A stretch of DNA of 64,000 nt, taken from NCBI GenBank assembly GCA_964371245.1, contig CAYJKP010000003.1, positions 8,986 through 72,985 on the forward strand, in the 5' to 3' direction. Source of the DNA: an uncultured Gammaproteobacteria bacterium (lineage in GTDB: Bacteria; Patescibacteriota; Patescibacteriia; JAHIZJ01). The notes under the pieces were generated by a model that did no database searches, was not told the DNA's origin, and saw only the letters and a list, made by a program, of their open reading frames with translations. A program made the translations under genes and the position numbers. Shown piece after piece: positions 9,833 to 21,486 of this stretch (position 1 is its first letter; each line of letters begins with the position of its first letter).

Positions 9833-10495
9833 ATGACGATTATTATCACAAAAAACCTCAAAAAACACTATCAGCAGGGCAATAAATCAATTCGGGCAGT
9901 TGATGGCGTTGATTTGTCAATCGAATCAGAAGATTTTGCGGTGGTCGTCGGTCCGTCAGGCTGCGGTAAATCGACCTTGCTTCAGCTCATCGGCGGACTC
10001 GACCGGCCGACTGAGGGCACGATTGTCGTGAATAACGTTGATGTCACTCGGGTGAATGACCGAAAATTAACCCAGCTTCGGCGGGAATCGATTGGTTTTG
10101 TCTTTCAAAATTTCAATCTAATTCCGACCCTCACCGCCAGTGAAAACGTCGAAGCCGCCATCGCCAAACACTCTGGCAACGACCGGAAACGAGTAACGGA
10201 ACTTCTCGCCAGCGTCGGTCTGGGGCAACGGATCAATCATCTGCCGACGAAGCTCTCGGGCGGCGAGCAACAGCGCGTTGCTCTCGCGCGCGCCTTAATC
10301 AATGAACCCGCCCTGATCCTGGCTGACGAGCCAACCGGAAATCTCGATAGTGCGACCGGAGAAGAAATATTAAATCTCCTGAAAACGCTGAATCGGGAAA
10401 AGAAGAAAACGATCATGCTGATCACGCACAATGATTACGCAAAGAAATTCGCCACCACCGTCTATCACATGAAAGACGGACAGATACGACAATAA
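9833..10495 (+). CDS. LolD/MacB-type ABC ATP-binding protein
   Basis: [26 protein letters not shown]; ATG 9833 (TTG 9821 alternative). Confidence 0.93.
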   Translation: MTIIITKNLKKHYQQGNKSIRAVDGVDLSIESEDFAVVVGPSGCGKSTLLQLIGGLDRPTEGTIVVNNVDVTRVNDRKLTQLRRESIGFVFQNFNLIPTLTASENVEAAIAKHSGNDRKRVTELLASVGLGQRINHLPTKLSGGEQQRVALARALINEPALILADEPTGNLDSATGEEILNLLKTLNREKKKTIMLITHNDYAKKFATTVYHMKDGQIRQ

Positions 10496-10516
10496 CAACC
10501 GAATTAGAAATATATC

Positions 10517-10546
10517 AAAAGCACCGCCCTTTGAGGCGGTGCTTTT
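10517..10546. terminator. bidirectional intrinsic terminator
   Basis: AAAAGCACCGCC-CTTTGA-GGCGGTGCTTTT between convergent genes. Confidence 0.85.
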
Positions 10547-10564
10547 TATCGATGCGGTTTGTGT

Positions 10565-11650
10565 TTAACTTAGCATTTCCGGCTCTACCATGTAGTTCAA
10601 GGCCGTTTCGCGAGTAACAAATCCTTCTTTATATAATTGCCGGATATTTTGATCCATGGTGTACATGCCGAGGTCGGCGCTCGTCTGAATCACGGCTTTT
10701 ATCTGCGGGATTTTGTTTTCACGTATAAGGTTGGCAATGGCTGGCGTGTTGATCAATACTTCGCGGGCGGAAACTCGACCCATCGAAATCGGATCAAGCT
10801 TTGGGTTCCCGAGGACTCCATGTTTGGTCCGGATGCGCGGCAGAAGCTGCTGAGAGATAATTCCTTTCAAGAACAATGACAGCTGGAGCCGCACTTGGGA
10901 TTGCTGGTTTGGCGGGAAGACGTCGATAATACGATCCACGGTTTGAGCCGCATTATAGGTATGGAGGGTGGCAAAGACCAGATGGCCTGTTTCAGCCATT
11001 GTGATCGTTGTGCCGATGGTTTCGAGGTCGCGCATCTCACCCACGAGAATGACATTGGGGTCTTGCCGGACCACGTGTTTCAGGGCTTGGCCAAATGAGA
11101 GCATGTCCGTGCCAAGCTGGCGCTGCCGGATAATGCTTTTCTTCGGTTGATAGATAAACTCGATCGGATCCTCAAGTGTGATAATATTGCACCGTCGCTC
11201 GCTGTTGATGAGGTCGATCATGGCAGCCAAGGTGGTGGATTTGCCGCAGCCCGTCGGCCCGGTAACCAATATTAAACCTTGTTTTAGGCGGAGGAGTTCG
11301 TAAACAACCGGCGGGATCATTAATTGTTCCAGCGTCGGGGTGATGGAAGAGATAACGCGCGCCGCCAAACTGACGCGTTCCTTTTCCCAGTGGATATTTA
11401 CACGAAAACGGGAGACGCCCCGAATTTCATATGAAATATCCAGCTCGCGCTCACGGTTCAACACTTCCTGGGCCCTCGGGTCAAGCATGGCAAAGATCAT
11501 TTCATGCAGTTCCTCGGGAGAAATTGGATTATATCCCTCGATCTCGACCAGCTCTCCATCAACACGTAGGATGGGTGGCATATCGGCGACTAAATGGAGA
11601 TCAGACGCCTCTTTTTCAACGGCAATTTGAAGTAATTCTTTTACAGTCAT
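10565..11650 (-). CDS. pilT: type IV pilus retraction ATPase
   Basis: ASDLHL, GPTGCGKSTT, TLEDPIE, RQDPNVILVGEMRD, GHLVFATLH, AIANLIRE. Confidence 0.93.
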   Translation of the reverse strand: MTVKELLQIAVEKEASDLHLVADMPPILRVDGELVEIEGYNPISPEELHEMIFAMLDPRAQEVLNRERELDISYEIRGVSRFRVNIHWEKERVSLAARVISSITPTLEQLMIPPVVYELLRLKQGLILVTGPTGCGKSTTLAAMIDLINSERRCNIITLEDPIEFIYQPKKSIIRQRQLGTDMLSFGQALKHVVRQDPNVILVGEMRDLETIGTTITMAETGHLVFATLHTYNAAQTVDRIIDVFPPNQQSQVRLQLSLFLKGIISQQLLPRIRTKHGVLGNPKLDPISMGRVSAREVLINTPAIANLIRENKIPQIKAVIQTSADLGMYTMDQNIRQLYKEGFVTRETALNYMVEPEMLS

Positions 11651-11975
11651 AATGAAAAAAGTTAGGCCGGCCTAACTCAAATCTTTACCTTATATTAGCC
11701 AAATAATGTCTTTTGATTTGAGTTACGGTCGTTTTGTTATTACTAATATTATTCTATCATAAGCAAATATATTTGTCAAGTTGTTCTTTTTTTTGTGTTC
11801 CATAATGTACCGTTGGAAATTTTTGACAAATGCTAACATTAGTGCTAAAATCCATGGTGACAATTTATTAAAAATCTTTTTCGAAAAGCTAAATTATTTA
11901 GCTAATTTTGGCACTTTTTGTGGTTTTAGGTATTATTGTGGATAAATATCCAGAAAGATTACTAAAAAATAAAAA

Positions 11976-14900
11976 TTGAAGAGCGGAAAGAGATCGCATC
12001 TCCTCAAAAAAACTAGAGTAACCGCAACACAGCGCACGACGCGGAAGAAGGTTTTAATATCACGAAAACAAGGTTGGAAGCAGTTGCATTCAGGGCAGCG
12101 ACTCCAAAAGGCTTTTGCCGGGGTCGCTGTTTTTGTACTCCTTGGTCTGGTCGTTTTCCTCGGCTGGAAAATGCTGCTCGTCCAAGCGGCCAGCGACACA
12201 GTTACATTAAATACCCGGGCGCAATGGGAAGCTGGTGAATTTTATCCCAACACAATCGACACAAAATCAACCGCCGACAGCCTGAAAATCCAATCCGGTT
12301 ATGTTGGCGACTGGGACAAAGGTACTCCTGGTTTCTATACCGATACGGCCGGATATGATTATTGGACCTATGACGGCGCTTCATACGGCGCGGACATGAC
12401 TACGGACGGCACTTATATTTACATGATTCCAGGCAACCGTCGGCCGTATCTTATCCGCTACAATCCCGAACTAAACACCTGGAAACAGCTGGCTAATGCG
12501 CCGACGGCTTTCTTTTACGGCGGTTCGATTGCCTACGACGCTTCCACCAAATCCATCTTCGCCATCGACGGCGGCGAACAGGTGGAAACCGGTACCGCCG
12601 GCAAACACATGTACAAATACGACATCGCGGCTGATGCCTGGAGCCGGGTCACTGATGCACCCGATGCTTGGGGATTGGGTTCTTCGATTGTCGCCGACGG
12701 GAACGGAACAATTTACGCTGTCCGCGGACGAAGTACGGACTCGCTCTGGGCATATGACATTAGCGAAGACGAGTGGGACGTTACTTTGCCAGCCCTGCCG
12801 ACGCCATATTTCGTTTATACGACCAATGGCCAGCCGCTGGAATATGTGAATGAACCGTATTCCGACGGCAACGGCGATCATTGCCTTTCTGGGTGTCTCT
12901 TTACGTTATATGGAAATAATAATCGGCAATTTTTCCGGTATGATATCGCCGAACGCCAATGGTATTACAATTCGCCGACCGATCTGACTATCCCGGCGGC
13001 CCTCGGTGGTGTCGGATACGGATCTTCGTTTGCCTACGATTCGACCAACGGAAATCTCTATTTACTGCACGGCAATCAGACCGCTTATTTTTCCAAATAT
13101 GACGTATCGGCATCGGATTGGGATGATGCCGCAGCCGATACCGCCGAAGCGCCCGGACCGGTGTACAACGGCGGAGTGGCCCTATATCTGGATGGATACG
13201 TTTACGCCCTCAAGGGTTATGGCGTACCTGATATGTGGCGCTACAAAGCTGATGACCCGGGCGGCAATGCCTGGGAGTCGATCTCTACTCCGGTCGCCAC
13301 CGGCAATGCCGGCGAAAACGGCCACATGGTGTTGGTTGATACGGATGCGAAGTGCGGCGGCGATGCTCCCTGTCTGTATATGCTCCGCGGCGCCAACACG
13401 AACACGTTCTGGATGTACACAGTCGACACAAAAACTTGGACCACCAATCTCAGCACTACAAACCTGGGCACGCTTCAGGCCGGGTCGTCGATGTGTTGGG
13501 ACGGGGATAATACGCTCTTTGTCCTGCGTGGCAACAATACTCTGAACTTTTACAGCTATAGTATTAGCGGCAACGCCTGGACCGCCCTGACCGATATTCC
13601 GAGTGACCATAGCGGGCCGGGCGACTACCCGGCTGGCGCCCAGACCGCTTATTACGGTGGCGGCCTGACCTGCGTCGGCACGACTGTCTATGCCATGAAG
13701 GGCGGCGCGAACGCCAATGGCTCAAACCATTTCTTCAAGTATTCAGCCGGCGCCTGGACACACCTGACTGTTCTGCCGCAGCGCGCCTATACCGGCGCCA
13801 AGCTGATCGGCGTTCCATATGATGCCGCCCACACCGAATACTGCGCCGACACGAACGGCTGCGTGTTCGCGCTAATGGGCAACCAGCGCGGTGATTTTTA
13901 CCGGTACGACGCCACGGCCAATGCCTGGACTATCCGTACCAGCCTGCCCACTGCAACCATCTACACCGCCTCCAGCGTCTATGATGAGAGCGGCCAGATC
14001 TATACCCTGTCATCCGACTACGACACGAGGATGTGGCGGTATGACATCGTGACCGATGTCTGGACCCGAACGGCTGATTTTCCGATGCGCAACGGATACA
14101 ACACTGCCATGGCTTATGACGCCGCGAACAACATTCTTTACGCCCAATTTGGCATGGCCACTTACCAAATTGCACGTTTTACTCCATCAAATGACAATTA
14201 TATATCATCCGCCACCTGGATCTCCGCGACCCAGGATCTCGACTATGTCTCAGCTTGGGAACAACTCACGGCCACACACGCAACCCCGGGCGGGTCGAGC
14301 GTTTCATTCGCCCTCCGCTCGAGTACGGACGAAGTGACCTGGTCGGATTGGGAAACGGTCGTGGACGGCGCGACCGGGGAATCAACCACCCAGGATCTGT
14401 CAGCTATTGCTACCACCGAGGCTCGGTATATCCAAATCAAAGTGACACTTACCTCTGACGGCACAAACACGCCGACCGTGAGCGACCTAGCTGCCACCTA
14501 TACAAAAGACGGAACCGCACCCTCAAATCCAACCATCACCGGCTACACGGACAGTTCGAAAGCAACCGGTATTACGAGCGGCACCACCTATTACTATACC
14601 AATCCATATTTTGAACTCTCGGGCGCCGCTGACGCGCATTCCGGCGTCGCCGGGTACTATGTGCGATGGTCAACCGAAGGTGACGATGATCCGGCGGCAA
14701 GCGAAGATTATTACCAAACCGGCGCTACCTTCGAAGTAAATACCGAGCTGACACCCGAGGAAACATATTACCTGCTGGTAAAAACCAAGGATAACGCCGG
14801 CAACGTATCGGCTGCTTCAGCCAGCTTCACGTATATATATTTCGGGATCCTCATTGCCGATGAAACACGGCAGATCTGGACGGCTGAAGCTGACTTTGAA

Positions 14901-17900
14901 ACACCCGGAACAACTGAGACAAACATCAATACTGAGGCCGGAACCGGAACATCAATGACGCTTGACGGGGTATCGCCGGGCACCTGGATGGATCTGCCGG
15001 CCACATATGGCATTGCGCCAGACAACCTGACCGCATACAATGATACCTCTATGACATATGACGGTGATGATACGATCTACGTGCTGCGGGCGGTAAATAG
15101 CAAGAAATTCTATTCCTATACGATCTCAAGTAAAACGTGGACAAATTTAACAGACATCGCCAGTACAAATAACGCCTATTACGGTGCCGTAATAGAGTAC
15201 GCCAGTGGTGCCGCGTATTGCCGAGATGATGACGACGATGTGACTGGAACAACAAAATGCGTTTATGCTTTACCCGGATCGAGTGTTAATCCGCCTTCCG
15301 GTGATACGTCGAAAGAATTCCTGCGGTATGATATCGACGGTACCGATGCGAATTCCTGGACCAGCCGGGCAGCTATTTCAGGTACTCTTTTATACGGTGC
15401 TGGCCTGGTCTGGAACGGCGGCGATTATCTGTTTGCCGAACGCGGATACAATCAGTCAAATTTTTACCGCTACAGCATCTCAACCAATACCTGGTCTGAC
15501 CGTGCCACACCGGATAACGCTTTTTATTACGGGTCCACGCTTGCTTTCGTACCGAACGGAACATACTGCGCTGACAGCCAGGGGTGCATTTTTGCCACCC
15601 GCGGCGCGGGTTCAGACCATTTCTGGCGATATGACGTCAACGCTAACTCATGGAGCTATCTGACCGCACCGCCCAACGCTTCAAGTTCAAAAGGGAATTA
15701 CGGCGCCACTTCCGTTTATCATGATGGCTATATTTATTTATCCGGCGGATACGCGGCCACTGACTTCATGAAATACAATATTTTGACTGATACGTGGACG
15801 CTGCTGGCCGATCTACCAGCCACTCATTATTTCGGATCGACTGGTGGTATGAGTTATTGCAGCGATACTGACACAATTTACATGCTGCGCGGCTACAGTG
15901 AATATAGTTTTTTCAGTTATGATGCGGTGAATGATAAATGGCGCAATCCGACCCTGCCACACGGCATGAGCTCGGCTGGTTTTAACTATGGCGGCCTTAC
16001 CCATGACAACGACGACACGCTCTATGTGGCACGCGGCGGGAATAACAACGACTTTTACCAATACACCGTCTCCACCCAAACCTGGAAACGACTGGCCAAT
16101 GTGCCGATGCGGATGTACTACACCTCGGACCTTGTGTATGTCGACGGATATGTCTACGCCCTAACGGGAACACCGCCCTACGCCGAGGGTGTGTCGCGCT
16201 TTTATCGCTATGATCCGACAACCGATTTATGGACGAGACTGAACGATACGCCAGCCACGGTCGGGTATGGAACAAGGCTCGTCTACGACGGTGATCATAC
16301 TATTTATACGGCGAGGGGTGCCGGTACAACAACCTATTATTCTTATGATCTTGACAATCCGGGCTGGTCGACACAGGCATCGACCGTGCCAGGTACGCTC
16401 ACCAACGGCGCCTGTGCCGTCATGACCGAAATCAGCGGCACAAAATATATTTACCAGATACGCTCGTCCAATACCTTAAACGTCTATCGTTGCACGCTCG
16501 ATCCTGATGAAGGGACGTGTACCTGGACAGCGCAGGGTCAGCCTGGCGACCCAACCGATGCGCCGGCCGGAACCGGGAGCATTAATGTCTATTATGGCGC
16601 CGCCTGTACGGTTAGCGACGGCAACATTTTTGTCCCGCGCGGCAATACGAATAATCTTGATTTCCTGGTGTATAACATCACCGGCGACTCCTGGACCACG
16701 CGATCGCTGAATAGTTTTTACTACGATGGCCGGATGGTGACCGGACCCGATGATATTCTGTATGGTTTTCGGGGTTACAATACCTCATCACTGGAACGAT
16801 ACGTTCAACAATCAGACACGACCAGTTTCGAACGCGTCGGCACCTGGACCTCGCAAATCATCGATGCTGGAAATATCTATGGTTTCAGCGGACTGACCGT
16901 CAATGATTCGACGGAAACAAATACCGCTCTGAAATACGAAACCCGAACCTGCGCTGACGCCGACTGCGCTGACGATGCCGACGATGAACACTGGTCTGAC
17001 TGGGACGAAGCGTCAAACGAAAAAACTGTAGGCTCGACCGACTACTATGCGGTTGATTCGACGCCGGCTCAGTATATCCAGGTAAAGATCACCTTTACCT
17101 CAGACCGCATTTACACCCCAACCCTCAACGACCTCACTCTAAGCTATTACTCAGACGGTGAAGCGCCGACAAACCCCGATAGTCTGACCGCAAAATCTCA
17201 AGCGGCGGGCGGGGTGGATATCACCACCGGCAATTGGTACGGCCATGCCGCGCCATACTTCTCGTGGTCTGGCGCGGCCGACAATGCCGGCGGTATCGGC
17301 ATCAAAGGCTATTGCGTGTATTTTGGCACGGACGACGACGCTGATCCGGCCGACGGCTGTACGCCCCAGACCGCTGCCACCTATACCGCCTCGGGTCTCG
17401 AAACCGGCCAGACGTATTATCTCCGCCTCAAGACCGTCGACCACATGGACAATACGACTGACGATATCTGGGCGCCCTTTACCTATAGTTATGACAGTGT
17501 TGCTCCGTCACGTCCGACGAACCTCCAGGCCAGCCCAGCCGTCCCCTCGGCCACCAACAGTTTCAATTTTACCTGGACCGCGGCCTCAGACTCCGGCGGC
17601 TCGCCCGCTTTTGAATATTGTTATCGACGCTACGTCAGCGAGGACGTGAAAGACGCCAACGACACATGCATTGCCAGCACAAATACCTCGCTGGCTGGCA
17701 TCGAAGCGCTCCAGGAGGGAACCAACTATCTGCAAATTCGTTCGAAGGATACGGCTAATAATTACTCAAACAACGGGGAATATGAGTCCGTCGCCTTCCG
17801 CTGGGCCCAGACCCCGCCGACGCTGCCCCAAAACGTCGAACACGGCGCTGTCGAGGGCGATGCCTATTCACACACTTTTGCCTGGGCAGAACCCGCCGAG

Positions 17901-20600
17901 CATGCTTTTGACATCAGTGCCTACTGCTATCAAATAAATGAGATACCGACCGCCAGTTATTGCAATAATAGCACCTATGGCCGCTGGACCACCTCGATCG
18001 AAACCAGCGCTCGTTTCTTAGCGGCTTTCCGCACGCCCAATACGCAGCCCGGCACGAATTATTTCTATATCGTCGCAAAAGACGAGGCCGGACTGGTTGA
18101 TTGGAACGCGACCTTTGACTGCGAGACTGGGCTGGGCTGCCTGGCATTTGAATCGGACACCATCTCGCCGAATACGCCACAGAGTTTTTCCCTCTCTGAC
18201 GCGTCAAATCGGGACGCCGAAAGCTATCGTTTGACGCTCGGCTGGACAAAGCCGGCGGATAACGAGGGCTCGGTCCTCTACAAATATAACATCTATCGCT
18301 CGACGGACGACGTCACCTATAGCCTCCGTGAAAGCATTCTCCATGTCGACGGTCAGGACGAGTACGCCTACACCGATGTCAGCCTCGACAATACGACCAC
18401 TTATTATTATAAAGTGACGGCGGCTGATTTAGCTGGGGCTGAATCTGATTATACGACCACCCTGTCACAGAAGCCGGAAGGAAAATACACCGAACCGCCC
18501 GACCTCGTCGGCAATCCATCAATTCAGCCGCGAATCCGTTCAGCCCTGATCGAATGGCTGACCGAGCCGTCAACCCACCCAGCCAGTTCGTTCGTCCAAT
18601 ACGGAACGACCACCGAGTACGGGGGCGAGCAAGGATCGTCCGATCTTGTCTCCAGCCATTCGGTGACGATTATCGATCTCGAGCCGGCAACAACGTATCA
18701 TTTTCGGCTGAAATGGGTCGACCAAGATGGTAATGTCGGCTATTCACCCGACTACACCTTTACCACGAACGATGCGCCGTCGCCACCGATCAATCTCACT
18801 GTTGATCCCGAATCAAACACGACAAATCGGTTTACTTTCGATTGGGATCCGCCAACTGACGAAGGCGTGACCATCAGCGGGTATTTCTATAGCATTAACA
18901 ATATTCCAACGGAAGAGAATACGAGCTTTGTTAGCGACTCGACCGTCGGTCCGATCGCAGCCGCCACTCAACAGGGCGTGAATACGTTCTACGTGATTGC
19001 CGTCGATGACGCCGGCAATACCAGCTACAGCAACTACGCCTCGACCGAGTTTGAAGTACACACCGCCGCGCCGGATCAACCACGTAACATCACAATTGTT
19101 GATTCCTCAGACCGGAATGCGCAGCGATATAATATCACGCTTACCTGGGATCCACCCCTGACCGCCGCCAGCGCAGACGAAGAAACCACTATCTACTATA
19201 CGATTTACCGCTCTGGAAACGGCGGCCGCTATTCCGAGATTGCTCGGGTCACGTCGACTGGCTATCTCGACACCGGATTAGACAATAGTGTCACTTATTC
19301 CTATAAAATTGTTGCTTCAGACAAGGCTGGCGCGACTTCAAAAGCCACCAATCCGGTGTCCGAAATACCCGAGGGCCGCTACACGGAACCGCCGGAGATT
19401 ACAAAAGATCCTGTTGCCGCCCCGGATTCCTATAGCGCCATCATTAGTTGGCGGACAGATCGTATTGCCTCTTCTTTTGTAGAATTTGGCCTGACGGAAA
19501 AACTCGGCGAGGAACAAGGTACTGCTGAGCAACTCGTCGACCACGATGTAACCGTTACCGGCCTGAAGCCGCTCACAAAATACTATTTTCGAATAAAAAG
19601 CATTGACGTCGACGAAAACGCCGCCTATTCAGAAACTGAATCGTTCACAACTCTTGAGGCGCCGCGCGTGGCTGAAGTCGTTATTACTGACGTTCGTCTT
19701 TTCGACGCCGTGATCACCTGGAAGACAAACAAAGAAACAACCACAATTATTGATTATGGAACGACGACGGACTACGGCCAAACCTATACCGATACCGGCG
19801 GTTCTTATACTTTCACCCACACCGTGAAGCTCGAACGGCTGACCGACGGCACCACCTACCACCTCCGGATGGCCGGTACGGATTCAAATAGTAATCCCGT
19901 CCAGTCCGACGATTACAGTTTTGCCACCCTGACGTTCCCGAAGATATCTGACGTCAGTTTCCAGAACAAGGCCGAGGGTGAGACCGAGGTTACCTGGAAG
20001 ACAAACGTACCGACCACCTCGACCGTCGAATATTGGGGCGATGTTATTCCTCCAAAAACACAGGGAAATACCGCGCTCGTTACCGAACACTCCGTCCTGC
20101 TCTTCGGTCTCGAGGACGCCACGGTCTACCAGGTGAAAATTCACGGCACCGACCAATTCAGCTATGAGGCGTTGAGTAACCAGCTCACCTTTACCACCCT
20201 TGAAGATACGACTCCGCCGATCATATCAAATGTTAAATCTGAATCAAACACCATCGGTTCGGGTGAAGCGTCAACGATTCAGATTGTTATTTCCTGGGTA
20301 ACCAACGAGAAATGCACTTCCAAAGTCGAATACGGAGAAGGGTTCTCTGACGCCTACAGCGGCGCCACGGATGAAAACGCCGAGCTCGTTTCTGAACATC
20401 TCATGGTCGTGACGAAACTGGCGCCGGCCCGGACGTACCATTTTCGGGTGGTTTCAACGGATAAGGCGGGGAACGAATCGAAGTCCGACGCTTATTCCGT
20501 CTTAACTTCCGTTAAGCGCCCTTCATTCCTCACTCAAATAGTTGATAATCTGGCGCAAACCTTCTCCTGGATAGGAAATATCGCTGATGTTTTCCGTTAA
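11976..20600 (+). CDS. giant membrane-anchored surface protein with Kelch-like beta-propeller repeats and Ig/FN3 repeats (2874 aa)
   Basis: Basic N-terminus then TM (AFAGVAVFVLLGLVVFLGW); many Kelch-type blades (GG..Y..G....F.RYD...D.W); FN3-type repeats (W.T...S.V.YG...YG...H.V....L...T.Y.FR); true start may be downstream of TTG 11976. Confidence 0.85.
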   Translation: MKSGKRSHLLKKTRVTATQRTTRKKVLISRKQGWKQLHSGQRLQKAFAGVAVFVLLGLVVFLGWKMLLVQAASDTVTLNTRAQWEAGEFYPNTIDTKSTADSLKIQSGYVGDWDKGTPGFYTDTAGYDYWTYDGASYGADMTTDGTYIYMIPGNRRPYLIRYNPELNTWKQLANAPTAFFYGGSIAYDASTKSIFAIDGGEQVETGTAGKHMYKYDIAADAWSRVTDAPDAWGLGSSIVADGNGTIYAVRGRSTDSLWAYDISEDEWDVTLPALPTPYFVYTTNGQPLEYVNEPYSDGNGDHCLSGCLFTLYGNNNRQFFRYDIAERQWYYNSPTDLTIPAALGGVGYGSSFAYDSTNGNLYLLHGNQTAYFSKYDVSASDWDDAAADTAEAPGPVYNGGVALYLDGYVYALKGYGVPDMWRYKADDPGGNAWESISTPVATGNAGENGHMVLVDTDAKCGGDAPCLYMLRGANTNTFWMYTVDTKTWTTNLSTTNLGTLQAGSSMCWDGDNTLFVLRGNNTLNFYSYSISGNAWTALTDIPSDHSGPGDYPAGAQTAYYGGGLTCVGTTVYAMKGGANANGSNHFFKYSAGAWTHLTVLPQRAYTGAKLIGVPYDAAHTEYCADTNGCVFALMGNQRGDFYRYDATANAWTIRTSLPTATIYTASSVYDESGQIYTLSSDYDTRMWRYDIVTDVWTRTADFPMRNGYNTAMAYDAANNILYAQFGMATYQIARFTPSNDNYISSATWISATQDLDYVSAWEQLTATHATPGGSSVSFALRSSTDEVTWSDWETVVDGATGESTTQDLSAIATTEARYIQIKVTLTSDGTNTPTVSDLAATYTKDGTAPSNPTITGYTDSSKATGITSGTTYYYTNPYFELSGAADAHSGVAGYYVRWSTEGDDDPAASEDYYQTGATFEVNTELTPEETYYLLVKTKDNAGNVSAASASFTYIYFGILIADETRQIWTAEADFETPGTTETNINTEAGTGTSMTLDGVSPGTWMDLPATYGIAPDNLTAYNDTSMTYDGDDTIYVLRAVNSKKFYSYTISSKTWTNLTDIASTNNAYYGAVIEYASGAAYCRDDDDDVTGTTKCVYALPGSSVNPPSGDTSKEFLRYDIDGTDANSWTSRAAISGTLLYGAGLVWNGGDYLFAERGYNQSNFYRYSISTNTWSDRATPDNAFYYGSTLAFVPNGTYCADSQGCIFATRGAGSDHFWRYDVNANSWSYLTAPPNASSSKGNYGATSVYHDGYIYLSGGYAATDFMKYNILTDTWTLLADLPATHYFGSTGGMSYCSDTDTIYMLRGYSEYSFFSYDAVNDKWRNPTLPHGMSSAGFNYGGLTHDNDDTLYVARGGNNNDFYQYTVSTQTWKRLANVPMRMYYTSDLVYVDGYVYALTGTPPYAEGVSRFYRYDPTTDLWTRLNDTPATVGYGTRLVYDGDHTIYTARGAGTTTYYSYDLDNPGWSTQASTVPGTLTNGACAVMTEISGTKYIYQIRSSNTLNVYRCTLDPDEGTCTWTAQGQPGDPTDAPAGTGSINVYYGAACTVSDGNIFVPRGNTNNLDFLVYNITGDSWTTRSLNSFYYDGRMVTGPDDILYGFRGYNTSSLERYVQQSDTTSFERVGTWTSQIIDAGNIYGFSGLTVNDSTETNTALKYETRTCADADCADDADDEHWSDWDEASNEKTVGSTDYYAVDSTPAQYIQVKITFTSDRIYTPTLNDLTLSYYSDGEAPTNPDSLTAKSQAAGGVDITTGNWYGHAAPYFSWSGAADNAGGIGIKGYCVYFGTDDDADPADGCTPQTAATYTASGLETGQTYYLRLKTVDHMDNTTDDIWAPFTYSYDSVAPSRPTNLQASPAVPSATNSFNFTWTAASDSGGSPAFEYCYRRYVSEDVKDANDTCIASTNTSLAGIEALQEGTNYLQIRSKDTANNYSNNGEYESVAFRWAQTPPTLPQNVEHGAVEGDAYSHTFAWAEPAEHAFDISAYCYQINEIPTASYCNNSTYGRWTTSIETSARFLAAFRTPNTQPGTNYFYIVAKDEAGLVDWNATFDCETGLGCLAFESDTISPNTPQSFSLSDASNRDAESYRLTLGWTKPADNEGSVLYKYNIYRSTDDVTYSLRESILHVDGQDEYAYTDVSLDNTTTYYYKVTAADLAGAESDYTTTLSQKPEGKYTEPPDLVGNPSIQPRIRSALIEWLTEPSTHPASSFVQYGTTTEYGGEQGSSDLVSSHSVTIIDLEPATTYHFRLKWVDQDGNVGYSPDYTFTTNDAPSPPINLTVDPESNTTNRFTFDWDPPTDEGVTISGYFYSINNIPTEENTSFVSDSTVGPIAAATQQGVNTFYVIAVDDAGNTSYSNYASTEFEVHTAAPDQPRNITIVDSSDRNAQRYNITLTWDPPLTAASADEETTIYYTIYRSGNGGRYSEIARVTSTGYLDTGLDNSVTYSYKIVASDKAGATSKATNPVSEIPEGRYTEPPEITKDPVAAPDSYSAIISWRTDRIASSFVEFGLTEKLGEEQGTAEQLVDHDVTVTGLKPLTKYYFRIKSIDVDENAAYSETESFTTLEAPRVAEVVITDVRLFDAVITWKTNKETTTIIDYGTTTDYGQTYTDTGGSYTFTHTVKLERLTDGTTYHLRMAGTDSNSNPVQSDDYSFATLTFPKISDVSFQNKAEGETEVTWKTNVPTTSTVEYWGDVIPPKTQGNTALVTEHSVLLFGLEDATVYQVKIHGTDQFSYEALSNQLTFTTLEDTTPPIISNVKSESNTIGSGEASTIQIVISWVTNEKCTSKVEYGEGFSDAYSGATDENAELVSEHLMVVTKLAPARTYHFRVVSTDKAGNESKSDAYSVLTSVKRPSFLTQIVDNLAQTFSWIGNIADVFR

Positions 20601-20665
20601 TACTCAGGTGTTAAATAATAATGGTATAATACAGACGGTTCCATCATCCTTTGCCATGTCGCTTT

Positions 20666-21484
20666 ATGCCCGAACTTGCCACATCAACGCCAGTCGCTAA
20701 ACCCGAATCCGCGCCCGTCGCTTCAGAGGACAAAGTCGCTTTGAGCGACCTTGGCGGTGACTCCGGCGAATCGCTGGCCGATCAATCATCGTTTAAAAAA
20801 CCGATCATTAAGCTCGAAAACGTAACCAAGAGCTTTCGGGTCGGCAACGAGTGGGTAAAAATCATAAAAAATATCAGCCTGGAAATTTTTCCGCGGGAGT
20901 TTGTTGTCATCCTCGGCCCGTCGGGCTGCGGCAAATCGACTCTCTTAAACACCCTCCTGGGCCTCGAGAAGCCGACCTCGGGAAAAGTCATCGTCCGCGG
21001 CCACGACATTACCAACTACAGCCTTGACCAGCTGGCTCAGTTCCGTTTAAAGAAGTATGGCGTCGTCTACCAGCGCCCGGATTGGATACGCTCGATGAAT
21101 GTCATTGAGAATGTGGCCCTACCTCTGGCGATTACCGATATTCCTCGAAAATACCGCCTGGCGCGTGCGATGGAGCTTCTCCGCAAGCTGAAAATCGACC
21201 ACCGCGCCTACTATAACCCGACTGAACTGTCCGGCGGGCAGCAGCAGCGCGCCGTCATTGCCCGTGCGCTGATCAATAATCCCTGGATTGTCGTGACTGA
21301 CGAGCCAACCGGAAATCTCGATAGCGAATCGGCCGAAAACGTGATTAGTATTTTTAAATCGTTAAACGAAGATTCAAAACGGACGATCATTATGGTTACG
21401 CATAATATTGAATACGTCCATGTCGCTTCCCGGACAATCTACATGCGCGACGGTGAAATCCTGAATCAGAAAATTAATATCTAA
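20666..21484 (+). CDS. ABC ATP-binding protein (MacB/LolD type)
   Basis: [25 protein letters not shown]. Confidence 0.92.
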   Translation: MPELATSTPVAKPESAPVASEDKVALSDLGGDSGESLADQSSFKKPIIKLENVTKSFRVGNEWVKIIKNISLEIFPREFVVILGPSGCGKSTLLNTLLGLEKPTSGKVIVRGHDITNYSLDQLAQFRLKKYGVVYQRPDWIRSMNVIENVALPLAITDIPRKYRLARAMELLRKLKIDHRAYYNPTELSGGQQQRAVIARALINNPWIVVTDEPTGNLDSESAENVISIFKSLNEDSKRTIIMVTHNIEYVHVASRTIYMRDGEILNQKINI

Positions 21485-21486
21485 CC

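Noticed and set aside
11661-11725. GTTAGGCC-GGCCTAAC palindrome plus TAACTCAAATC/GATTTGAGTTA repeat as an orphan attC or empty cassette
   Set aside because: AT-rich, lacks the asymmetric loop and GCGTAT-type stem, and lies in the divergent pilT promoter region; more likely regulatory or chance
8137-11945. Perfect DnaA boxes at 8137-8145 and 11937-11945 as an origin
   Set aside because: Isolated single boxes more than 20 kb from dnaA; at most promoter-level regulation
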